Shown here: positions 20,024 through 27,435 of the stretch, piece after piece
Position numbering within the stretch: the stretch's first letter is position 1
Layout: every line of letters begins with the position of its first letter
Origin: a virus
Taxonomy: Duplodnaviria; Caudoviricetes
Length of the DNA stretch: 32,446 nucleotides
Virus record (IMG/VR): IMGVR_UViG_3300005739_000035
Span: 1-32,446 of that record
Reading direction: 5' to 3' (one strand)
Made by a program: the position numbers and the translations under genes
Notes under the pieces: model-generated
What the model was told of the DNA's origin: nothing
Databases searched by the model: none
The model's input: the letters and a program-made list of their open reading frames with translations, nothing else

Positions 20024-20073
20024 CTATAAAATAATTATTGCAGTCCGTATGTGTTAGTGTATAACTATGCACC
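20024..20073. promoter_or_regulatory. Compact divergent promoter region between terL and the head operon
   Basis: 50-bp AT-rich gap. Plus strand: TTGCAG (20038-43), 16-bp spacer, TATAAC (20060-65), 8 nt to ATG 20074. Minus strand has TGcAATAAT shortly before the terL ATG. Confidence 0.6.
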
Positions 20074-20232
20074 ATGTCAAACGCAAAAGAGGAAAAGCAC
20101 CGCACGGTTGCCAAGCTCCCGCCGGACGATTGGAAGTTCTTTCGAGCTTGGTTGCTGATGAAAGGAACCACCTTTACTGGTTGGCTCAAGAAAGAGATCG
20201 CAAAAGCGAAACGCGAAGCCGGAATGGTATGA
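20074..20232 (+). CDS. Small ribbon-helix-helix-like DNA-binding protein (52 aa, absent from the ORF track)
   Basis: Hand translation MSNAKEEKHRTVAKLPPDDWKFFRAWLLMKGTTFTGWLKKEIAKAKREAGMV. Strand-LP-helix-G-T-helix pattern like CopG/ParG/omega. Its TGA overlaps the next ATG (ATGA 20229-32). Confidence 0.65.
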   Translation: MSNAKEEKHRTVAKLPPDDWKFFRAWLLMKGTTFTGWLKKEIAKAKREAGMV

Positions 20233-20585
20233 CACTTCTCCAAACCCTCGGTCTTGAAAAGACAAAGGCCGAAAAGTTCATTGACGAGAAACGTGAGGAT
20301 GTTACTTTCGAGATTCAAGTAAATCCCGAAGATTATGACAACGGCACTAAGCACGATCCTCTTAACAGTCCTTTGGCTTTGGCTGTTGCGCGTTCTCTCA
20401 AGGGATCGCAGTTCCAGTTGGATCGTGCGGGGTTCAAGGTTATTATTATATCTCGCGGTATTTATGAGTATGGCTTCTTTATGCCTCGCCGCGTTTGGCG
20501 GCAGGTAAACTGCCAAGAGTTTGTCGAGGATCGCAAGCCGACTCGACCGATCAAGTTTAAGGCAATCTTTTCCATGTTATTCTAA
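20229..20585 (+). CDS. Hypothetical phage protein (118 aa)
   Basis: Start re-assigned to ATG 20229 from the ATGA coupling. Its stop overlaps the next ATG (TAATG). Confidence 0.65.
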   Translation: MTLLQTLGLEKTKAEKFIDEKREDVTFEIQVNPEDYDNGTKHDPLNSPLALAVARSLKGSQFQLDRAGFKVIIISRGIYEYGFFMPRRVWRQVNCQEFVEDRKPTRPIKFKAIFSMLF

Positions 20586-21541
20586 TGAAATTAGTTATTC
20601 CTGTATCAAAGTCGGATTGTCACCTCGCAGAAAACCTTTATGACGCATTTGACAAATACGAGATTGGTTCTGATCACGATCTTCTTGTGGTGGGGTCTCA
20701 CGAAGTTGAACCAATTGTTGACGATATTATTTCACGCATCAAGCATCAGTTTTACACCGTAGACAAGTTGCTTATCAAAGACAACGGTTACGGTTGGCCG
20801 ATGGCTTGCAACCATTACTTCCAGCAAGCCTGCTATCATCTCAATAAAGGAGACGACGATTCGTTCCTTTGGTTTGAGTTGGATACCACGCCGACTTGCG
20901 ATCATTGGCTAGATATCCTCAATAAGGAATACTATGACGACACAACCAGAGCGGTCAAAGCAGGACGAGAACCGCTTCTCTACCTTGGAGCCAAAGAACG
21001 CAACTACGAGGGACGCAACGGGGAACTTCTGCCTGAATCCATTGCTGGAAGCCGTATGGCTCCTGTCGGCGTCTACTCGACCGATATCTGCTCCACACCT
21101 GTGCTGTCCTCGCTTTCCGCAACACAGCGTCATTGGTCATCGGTCATCCAATGGTATACTGTTCCGTCCTTGGCAAACTCTTGGCTAATCCAAAACAACT
21201 GGCGCACAAAAAACTATCGCAAAGAGAATGGCGTTATTGTATGTGATTCCATTGCCAACCTAGCTTGGGACGTCCATTTCAATAATCCGGTCAACGAACA
21301 CGCTGTTCTTGTTCACGGATGCAAGGATGGATCGCTCATCAAGTTATTGTTGGACAATAATATTGATAATAATGTCGATGATAATATGAAGGTAGCAACA
21401 CAAGTATCCATTGAAGATGCAGAACAGATTGCCGAAGAGTTTGAGGAGCGTGAGGAGCGTGAGGAGCGCAAACAATCCAAGCAAAAACCCAAATCTTTCT
21501 TCAGCATGTTCAAGGAACGCAACATGAAGGATGAGGAATGA
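20585..21541 (+). CDS. Putative GT-A-like glycosyltransferase with a charged C-terminal extension
   Basis: MKLVIPV first strand, GYGWP...N..F, FLWFELDTTP (ExD motif)...WLDIL, VGVY, VLVHGCKD. Confidence 0.55.
   Translation: MKLVIPVSKSDCHLAENLYDAFDKYEIGSDHDLLVVGSHEVEPIVDDIISRIKHQFYTVDKLLIKDNGYGWPMACNHYFQQACYHLNKGDDDSFLWFELDTTPTCDHWLDILNKEYYDDTTRAVKAGREPLLYLGAKERNYEGRNGELLPESIAGSRMAPVGVYSTDICSTPVLSSLSATQRHWSSVIQWYTVPSLANSWLIQNNWRTKNYRKENGVIVCDSIANLAWDVHFNNPVNEHAVLVHGCKDGSLIKLLLDNNIDNNVDDNMKVATQVSIEDAEQIAEEFEEREEREERKQSKQKPKSFFSMFKERNMKDEE
21344..21360. promoter_or_regulatory. Palindromic operator-like site upstream of the portal gene
   Basis: TTATTGTTGGACAATAA, the exact reverse complement of 2928-2944, in an AT-rich patch. 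Confidence 0.55.
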
Positions 21542-23850
21542 GTGATGTTTTAGAAACAATTTCCGAGACAGGCAAACCGCCAGTCTCAAGAATCAAGGAC
21601 GCAAAGTCTGCTTATGAGGTTTGGGAGACATTACGACGAGCGGATGCCGTATCTGCTTTCGACCGCAGCAAGATTGACGCGGCTTACGACAACGAGCGAC
21701 CCTACGACGAACGCGCCCTTATCAACGCAGGGCAGGGTTACCGAGTCAACGTCTCATGGGGATTCGCCAAGCAAGTCTTGGATACCGCCCTTGCCGGATA
21801 CACGGACATCATTAACGCCCCCCAGACATTCTTTAGTTGCCCGACTACTTATGGGCCTCAAGTCGAGCGCGATGAACTTGAGCAGGTTGTTGCTCAAGAG
21901 GTTACAGCCTGCATCCGTTCTTGGCGCAACTTCTTTCCGACATATCTAAAGCTCTGCAATGCTTTCATCAAGCACGGAGTTGGCGTTGCGCTTTTCAATG
22001 ACGAATGGGATTGGAGATGGAAGGCAACGGATATGTCCGACTTCAAGATTCCTCGCAAGACCGAGATCGGGCAGGAGAACATCGACGTTGCCGCTTGTCT
22101 CCGCTTCTACAGCCCAACACAGCTTTACCAACTTATCAAAGACGAAGAGGTTGCGACGATCAACGGATTCAACGTGGAGGCTTGTCGCCGCGCAATCATC
22201 CAATGCGTCAATAACAACAACAATTACTACAACTTCCGCCAATACGACTGGGAGAAACTTGAAATCGAACTGCGTAACAACGACTTGTATTTTACAACAC
22301 AAGCCGCAAACCAGCAGTCCATCCGCGTTGTCCATTTGTGGGTGCGTGAATTTGACGAGAAGGTAAGCCACTTCATGATCGTGGACGACAACGGAGCGCA
22401 GGACTTCCTCTACAAGAAGATCGGTCGCTTTGAGAACGCTTACCAAGCCTACACGGTTTTCACCTACGGAGTCGGAACGAATGGCTACTATCACGGCGTC
22501 CGTGGACAAGGGTATGATGTGTTCGCAATTAACGGTGCGCTTAACAGAGCGTATTGCTCGTTGCTTGAGATTGCATCCTTTGGAAGTGCGCCTACATTCC
22601 AGCCCAAGGACGAGACGGCATTGCAGGAAATGCAGTTCATCCCAAATGGAGTTTATAATTTGCTTTCTCCCGGTATTGAGGTCATTAAGGATACTATAGT
22701 TCCCAATGTATCGAACGGCACATTGCCAATCGTCAATGCGTTTACCCAACTTTTCCGCGAAAGAACATCGGCATACAACACGGAATCCTTGGTCAATACG
22801 AGCATCGAGAAGTCAGCAACTCAGGTTCGCGCAGAACTCAGCAACATTGCGAAGATGTCCGTCTCCGCACTTAACTTGTTTTTTGACCCTTGGGAGAGCC
22901 TGATGCGTCAAATGGTTAGCAGGATGAAACGCCGCGATTACGATGCAAGAGAACCTGGCGGCAAGTATATCTCCGAACTCAAGAAGCGTTTGCTTATGCG
23001 TGGATCGGAAGGATTCGGCGCAAAGGATCGTTATCTCCAAGCATTCTACAGCCTAGACGTTGATCGGCTTCGTATTACAAAGCCAGTCGGCGCAGGATCG
23101 GAAGCGGCAAGAATGGTTGCCTACGACAGATTGATGGCGATCTTCGGCTCTCTTCCCGACTTCGGTAAAAAGAATCTTATCTGGGATATCGCCTCCGAAA
23201 CGGCTGGATACGAGAACGCATCCCGCTACGCAATTGCTCCAGGCGAAACAGAGACGCCTACTTGGGACGCCTCTCTTGCTCAAGTTGAAAACAATGTGCT
23301 TATTCAGGGCGGTCAGATTCAAGTCCTCGACGGACAGAACGATCTCGTTCACGCCAAGGTTCACGCCGAAGCACTCAACCCGCTTGTTACGCAAACGCAG
23401 GATGCCTTGGAAGTTGATCCGATGTCCATCGCTCAAGTATTGCCGGGTATCAACAATCTTAACGGACACATGGCACAGCACGTCGAACGGATGTCTCAAG
23501 ACCCGCTTCTGCGTCAAGAATCCGCAATGTTCCGCAAGATGCTCCAACAGGCCGACGAGATTCTGCACAACGGAACGCTCAAGGTGCAACGTTTGCAAGC
23601 TCAAGAAATGGAAGCACAGCAGGCCGCTATGGCGCAAGGACAAGCTGTTGAAGCTGCACAAGGAGGAATCTCGCCGGACATCCTCGCCAAAATCGAAGCC
23701 CAACGTGCAGAGCGTCAAGCAAAGCTGGAGATGGACTACCAAGCCCACCAGCAAAAGATGATTATGAAGCAACAAGAAGCAAATCAGAAGTTGGCTATCC
23801 GCGATGCGGAAGCTGCCAGCAAGATTCAACGGGAAGGAATTAGAGCGTGA
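21538..23850 (+). CDS. Portal protein with long Q/A/E-rich helical C-terminal barrel
   Basis: 770 aa, located between terL and scaffold/capsid genes. Mixed alpha/beta core (FIKHGVGVA) and Q-rich coiled-coil tail as in P22-like portals. Confidence 0.75.
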   Translation: MSDVLETISETGKPPVSRIKDAKSAYEVWETLRRADAVSAFDRSKIDAAYDNERPYDERALINAGQGYRVNVSWGFAKQVLDTALAGYTDIINAPQTFFSCPTTYGPQVERDELEQVVAQEVTACIRSWRNFFPTYLKLCNAFIKHGVGVALFNDEWDWRWKATDMSDFKIPRKTEIGQENIDVAACLRFYSPTQLYQLIKDEEVATINGFNVEACRRAIIQCVNNNNNYYNFRQYDWEKLEIELRNNDLYFTTQAANQQSIRVVHLWVREFDEKVSHFMIVDDNGAQDFLYKKIGRFENAYQAYTVFTYGVGTNGYYHGVRGQGYDVFAINGALNRAYCSLLEIASFGSAPTFQPKDETALQEMQFIPNGVYNLLSPGIEVIKDTIVPNVSNGTLPIVNAFTQLFRERTSAYNTESLVNTSIEKSATQVRAELSNIAKMSVSALNLFFDPWESLMRQMVSRMKRRDYDAREPGGKYISELKKRLLMRGSEGFGAKDRYLQAFYSLDVDRLRITKPVGAGSEAARMVAYDRLMAIFGSLPDFGKKNLIWDIASETAGYENASRYAIAPGETETPTWDASLAQVENNVLIQGGQIQVLDGQNDLVHAKVHAEALNPLVTQTQDALEVDPMSIAQVLPGINNLNGHMAQHVERMSQDPLLRQESAMFRKMLQQADEILHNGTLKVQRLQAQEMEAQQAAMAQGQAVEAAQGGISPDILAKIEAQRAERQAKLEMDYQAHQQKMIMKQQEANQKLAIRDAEAASKIQREGIRA

Positions 23851-24215
23851 CGGCACGACAACTCTTTCAAATGAATTCGGACAAGATGGATCGCCTTGCC
23901 GCGTTGCTTGACGATTCTGTTCTTAAAGAGGCGTTGTTTATTGTTAGACAAGAATCCTTTCCGAAAGAGCCAGCGTTCCGTCCAGACGTGGATATGCGTG
24001 ATGCGCTATCTCTTGAGGCTGGCAAATCCATCGGAGCAAACGAATTCTTCAACAAACTGCAAAACCTAGCCAAGCGCCCCAACGTCAAGGACGGAAAGCT
24101 TGAGCAGGAATACATCAAGCAGGCTAGGGAACGACTTTTCGCCACAGGACTTTATACTGTGGACGAAATCAACGAGGCTGAAAGGCTCTCACAAATCAAC
24201 CAACAACCGGAGTAA
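23847..24215 (+). CDS. Hypothetical protein (head module)
   Basis: GTGA overlap with the portal stop; 122 aa, helical. Confidence 0.65.
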   Translation: MTARQLFQMNSDKMDRLAALLDDSVLKEALFIVRQESFPKEPAFRPDVDMRDALSLEAGKSIGANEFFNKLQNLAKRPNVKDGKLEQEYIKQARERLFATGLYTVDEINEAERLSQINQQPE

Positions 24216-24219
24216 CAAC

Positions 24220-24354
24220 ATGAAAATGATGCAAAAAGAAAGCGGTCGCATTGCCAAACCAATGGTCAAGGCGAAGAAAATGTCCAGCAAGTCCAGCGTT
24301 GCCACCAAAGGCAAATCGTGGGGTGCGCGTCACCGTGCTGGTATCAAGAAGTAA
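24220..24354 (+). CDS. Small highly basic protein (44 aa)
   Basis: MKMMQKESGRIAKPMVKAKKMSSKSSVATKGKSWGARHRAGIKK exactly fills the gap between its neighbours. Confidence 0.55.
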   Translation: MKMMQKESGRIAKPMVKAKKMSSKSSVATKGKSWGARHRAGIKK

Positions 24355-24370
24355 ACAATAGAAAGGACAA

Positions 24371-25549
24371 ATGGATACACAGCAACCGACAGAAGCGCCA
24401 GTCTCCACAGACTCCGCAATTATCAATTTGCGCGGCGCATTGGATAGTATTGCTCGGAACGATCTCAATGCAGAATCGACTCTGACGCAACGTCCACCCA
24501 ATCCGAGCGAGCCGATTCCTTCTCACGCTATCAAGCAAGAGGAAAAGATGGAATCCGCTCCAGAAAAACCAGAGCAAAAAACGGAACAGACTCCAGACGC
24601 GCAGACCGAAGAGCAACAATCTGAAGAGCCTCAACCCTCAGACGACAAATCAAAGATTCGTTGGAAAGAGTTGAAGCAAGCAGAGAAAGACTTGAAGGCT
24701 GCGCAGAAGGAGCTTTCCGAACTCAAGAAGCGCGGAGAAGAGTTTGAGTCTACAAGCAAGGAGATTGAAACACTCAAGGCGCAAATCGAAGAGATCAAGG
24801 CCGAGCGAGAAGCTATCGACGGCGAGCTTTACATGACTCGCGTTCAAGCATCCAGAGAGTATAAGGAGTATGTCACGCAACCTCTGAACAAGTTGTTTGA
24901 CGATGTTGACTTCTACGCCAAGCGCAACGATGTGGACGGCTCCGCAATCGTTGACGCGCTGGAGGCTGATGTTAACGGTAACGGCAAGCTTCTTGAAGAG
25001 CTTGTGGCTGATTGGCCTGATCGGGATCGTCAGAAGGTTTACCAACTAGCCGACAATCTTTTGCAGATCAACAACCGCAAATTGGAGATCGAGGAGAATA
25101 GCCGCGCAGCCTACGAGGCATCCATGCAACGTGAGGAGCAAGAGCGTCAAGAAGCATACAAGCAATACTTCGCTCAACGCGAGACTGCGATTAACACAGT
25201 TATCCCCAAGCTTGGCGAGAAGGTCTTCAATCTTCTTCCGGAGGACAAGCGACCTAACGTCGAAAAACTCCAGCAGGAGATTATGGGATACGACGAATGG
25301 CCGGAAGACTTGAAGGTCTACGGCATCGCTGGAGCGGCAATCCTTCCAGACCTTGTTGACCAATTGACAAGCGTCCAGAAAGAGCTTGAGACTATCCGCA
25401 ACGAGAACGTTAAACTACGTGGAGGGGCTGCGCCTGCCGCTGGAGGAACGTCACCTCGTTCGCCGCAGGATACCAACAAACCCGTAGACTACGCCAAGGT
25501 AGATACGGAAGATTTTATCAAAGGAATGGTATCGCGGATGGTAGCATAA
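24371..25549 (+). CDS. Capsid scaffolding protein
   Basis: Acidic disordered N-terminus, long coiled coils, short C-terminal helix; directly upstream of the capsid gene; RBS AGAAAGG. Confidence 0.7.
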   Translation: MDTQQPTEAPVSTDSAIINLRGALDSIARNDLNAESTLTQRPPNPSEPIPSHAIKQEEKMESAPEKPEQKTEQTPDAQTEEQQSEEPQPSDDKSKIRWKELKQAEKDLKAAQKELSELKKRGEEFESTSKEIETLKAQIEEIKAEREAIDGELYMTRVQASREYKEYVTQPLNKLFDDVDFYAKRNDVDGSAIVDALEADVNGNGKLLEELVADWPDRDRQKVYQLADNLLQINNRKLEIEENSRAAYEASMQREEQERQEAYKQYFAQRETAINTVIPKLGEKVFNLLPEDKRPNVEKLQQEIMGYDEWPEDLKVYGIAGAAILPDLVDQLTSVQKELETIRNENVKLRGGAAPAAGGTSPRSPQDTNKPVDYAKVDTEDFIKGMVSRMVA

Positions 25550-25575
25550 GTTTCGTTGGTGGTTGTCATCGCTGG

Positions 25576-25615
25576 AAACGCCTTGTGGTAGAAATACTGC
25601 AAGGCGTTTTTCTTT
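25576..25615 (+). terminator. Rho-independent terminator
   Basis: AAACGCCTTGTGGTA-GAAA-TACTGCAAGGCGTTT stem (two G-U pairs) followed by TTCTTT. Confidence 0.8.
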
Positions 25616-25618
25616 AAG

Positions 25619-25654
25619 AAAGTTCTTGAACAGTTCAACAATATGTATTAGTTC
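25619..25654 (+). promoter_or_regulatory. Putative capsid-gene promoter/operator
   Basis: Directly after the terminator. AAAGTTCTTG is identical to 5027-5036; inverted repeat TTGAAC-A-GTTCAA (25626-38); GTTCAACAATA is shared with 31604-14. Confidence 0.5.
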
Positions 25655-25659
25655 TCACA

Positions 25660-25815
25660 TTGCAGGGTTGACTAACCTGTTGAAAAAGGTGTCACGGAGG
25701 CTGTGTTCCGCAAGCATAGTAAAAGTAATTGTGAGCTTAAAAAACCCGAAAGGGCTTCTCGGTGGCTCGGAGGAGACAGAGAAAATGCCGTTTCCGCAGA
25801 TGCGGATTTGGCGAA
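25660..25815 (+). ncRNA. Candidate structured 5' leader of the capsid mRNA
   Basis: Consecutive hairpins at 25663-79, 25692-734, 25745-54 (CCC-GAAA-GGG), 25755-75 and 25787-812. No known family recognised. Confidence 0.35.
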
Positions 25816-25849
25816 CTTGCAATTAACAATAATTTAGAAAGATACTAAA

Positions 25850-27037
25850 ATGTCTCAATACAATCTCGCTGATGTGAATCAGCAGCTCCAGCAAGAAGCT
25901 GGCCGTATCGGAGAAATGATCTCCGCGAAACTTATCGGAACCGACGTGTGGAACCGCCTCATCAAGCAGGACACTTTCCCTGCCGGAATGGGTGAGTCCA
26001 TTCAGACCCTCATCCAAGAGCGTTCGACTGTGGGCAATGTGTCCTCGACTGCTTGGGAAGATGTCGGAACCAACGACGGAACAGGCAACTCCTGCAACCC
26101 GACTCCCCAGACTGTTGAGTTTGCCCGCACTCTCAAGAGCTACAACCTCCAGCAAGCCGCTATCCGTAGCCCCGGCTTCTGCGTGAACGATCTCCGCACC
26201 GCGTGGAAGGCTGAAGAGCAACTCGCTGGCGAAGTCAAGGTTCTCAAAGAGAACAGCCAGTGGTTTTGGAGCAACCGTTACCGCGACGAATTCATTCGTC
26301 TCTGCGGCAACAAGGTTGTCACCGACGTCAACGACACGCTTGCGATGTCTGTCAGCGGTTCGGATCAGGCTTTCCCAGCCGTTGCTCCGACCTTCGCTCT
26401 CGACCAAGGTATGCTTGACCAGTTCTATCTCGATCTGGCCCGCGATTCCGCCGAAGGCAACTACGCGATGGTTGACGGTGAGCCTCAATACGCGCTCATC
26501 TGCTCCCCTGAAACATCGAACTACCTCAAGAAGCAGAACGCTGACATCCGTCAAGACCTCCGCTTCTCCTCGCAGGTTGACGAACTGATCAAACCATTCG
26601 GCGCTTCCTTCGCCTACAGCGGTTTCGTTCACATCGTTGACCGTCAGGCTCCTCGCTACAACTTCGTGAACGGCCAGTTCGTTCGCGTTCCGTTCTACGC
26701 GAATGCCGCTGCGACCACGGGCAACAAGGCGATTGTCAATCCCGCCTATCGCACTGCGCCCTACGAGGTCAGCATCATCTACAACCCGCACGTCTTCACT
26801 TCGCGTGTCGCCCAAGTCATCACCAGCCCTGGTTCTGGCTTGAAGTTCGACCCCGTGAACTATCGCGGCGAGTTCATCTGGATCAACAACAAGGACAATG
26901 TGAACAACATCCTTGGCTTGACCGGATACTTCTACGCTCTGTTCATGCAGGGTTCCCAACCGAAGCGTGTTGAGTGGGGTTATGCTATCATGCACCTCCG
27001 CTGCTCGCCCGCCACGGTCTATCAGTCCTGCTCGTAA
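25850..27037 (+). CDS. Major capsid protein
   Basis: 395 aa after portal and scaffold; strong codon bias; own promoter region and downstream hairpin; FPAGMGESI and YALICSPET segments typical of HK97-fold capsids. Confidence 0.85.
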   Translation: MSQYNLADVNQQLQQEAGRIGEMISAKLIGTDVWNRLIKQDTFPAGMGESIQTLIQERSTVGNVSSTAWEDVGTNDGTGNSCNPTPQTVEFARTLKSYNLQQAAIRSPGFCVNDLRTAWKAEEQLAGEVKVLKENSQWFWSNRYRDEFIRLCGNKVVTDVNDTLAMSVSGSDQAFPAVAPTFALDQGMLDQFYLDLARDSAEGNYAMVDGEPQYALICSPETSNYLKKQNADIRQDLRFSSQVDELIKPFGASFAYSGFVHIVDRQAPRYNFVNGQFVRVPFYANAAATTGNKAIVNPAYRTAPYEVSIIYNPHVFTSRVAQVITSPGSGLKFDPVNYRGEFIWINNKDNVNNILGLTGYFYALFMQGSQPKRVEWGYAIMHLRCSPATVYQSCS

Positions 27038-27062
27038 GGACTAGGTAGCGTAAAGCTAGCAT

Positions 27063-27101
27063 AGGTGCGGGGAGGTTCGATCCCTCTCCGCACCTCAACC
27101 A
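27063..27101 (+). other. tRNA-minihelix-like hairpin (processing, stabilising or attenuating element) after the capsid gene
   Basis: GGTGCGG-GGAGG-TTCGATC-CCTCT-CCGCACC-T-CAACCA; no U-tract follows. Confidence 0.6.
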
Positions 27102-27116
27102 GAAAGATCGAATATT

Positions 27117-27434
27117 ATGAAGAACGAAGGTAAAGGCGGAATGGCGGTTGTTATCGGTATGGGCGGCAAGCCCGAAGGCGAAGAGGTTGATTTCAAGGCT
27201 CCAGAGGGTTTTGACTACGCCGATATGAAAGAGGGCGACGAGAAAGAAGTCCTCGCAAAAGTTCGCTACGACGGAGAAGGAGAGTTTAAGCTCGTCTCTG
27301 TTGACGGATATCCTCTCGGCATGGAAGAAGAGGAAGAGGAAGAGATGCCTGAAGGCGAGATGGAGGAAGAGGAAGAGATGGAAGAAGAAGTGCCGTTCCA
27401 AGATCGTTTGCGTCAACGCGCAGGACTAGCGTAA
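27117..27434 (+). CDS. Small very acidic protein
   Basis: 105 aa with poly-Glu tracts; AGAAAG upstream. Confidence 0.7.
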   Translation: MKNEGKGGMAVVIGMGGKPEGEEVDFKAPEGFDYADMKEGDEKEVLAKVRYDGEGEFKLVSVDGYPLGMEEEEEEEMPEGEMEEEEEMEEEVPFQDRLRQRAGLA

Positions 27435-27435
27435 C

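Noticed and set aside
20045-20080. Perfect TTGACA on the minus strand as the terL -35 box
   Set aside because: It is the reverse complement of the ATGTCAA start region and has no good -10 at 16-18 bp; may be coincidental.
20067-20228. N-terminal extension of the 172-aa ORF in the track
   Set aside because: ATG 20067 sits right against the -10 box; the 20074-20232 frame gives a better protein and an ATGA coupling.
19974-20516. Minus-strand 180-aa ORF upstream of terL as a possible terS
   Set aside because: Overlaps two credible plus-strand genes and the promoter; no HTH or coiled-coil character.
21946-23856. Two 267-aa antisense ORFs inside the portal gene
   Set aside because: Fully nested antisense frames with unnatural composition.
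25563-25826. 87-aa ORF in the capsid leader
   Set aside because: TTG start without RBS; runs through a terminator and promoter.
25823-26995. 390-aa antisense ORF over the capsid gene
   Set aside because: Shadow frame explained by the strong codon bias of the sense gene; no motifs or RBS.
27038-27101. Complete tRNA gene
   Set aside because: No anticodon arm, and the 5' acceptor strand abuts the T stem; only a minihelix is present.
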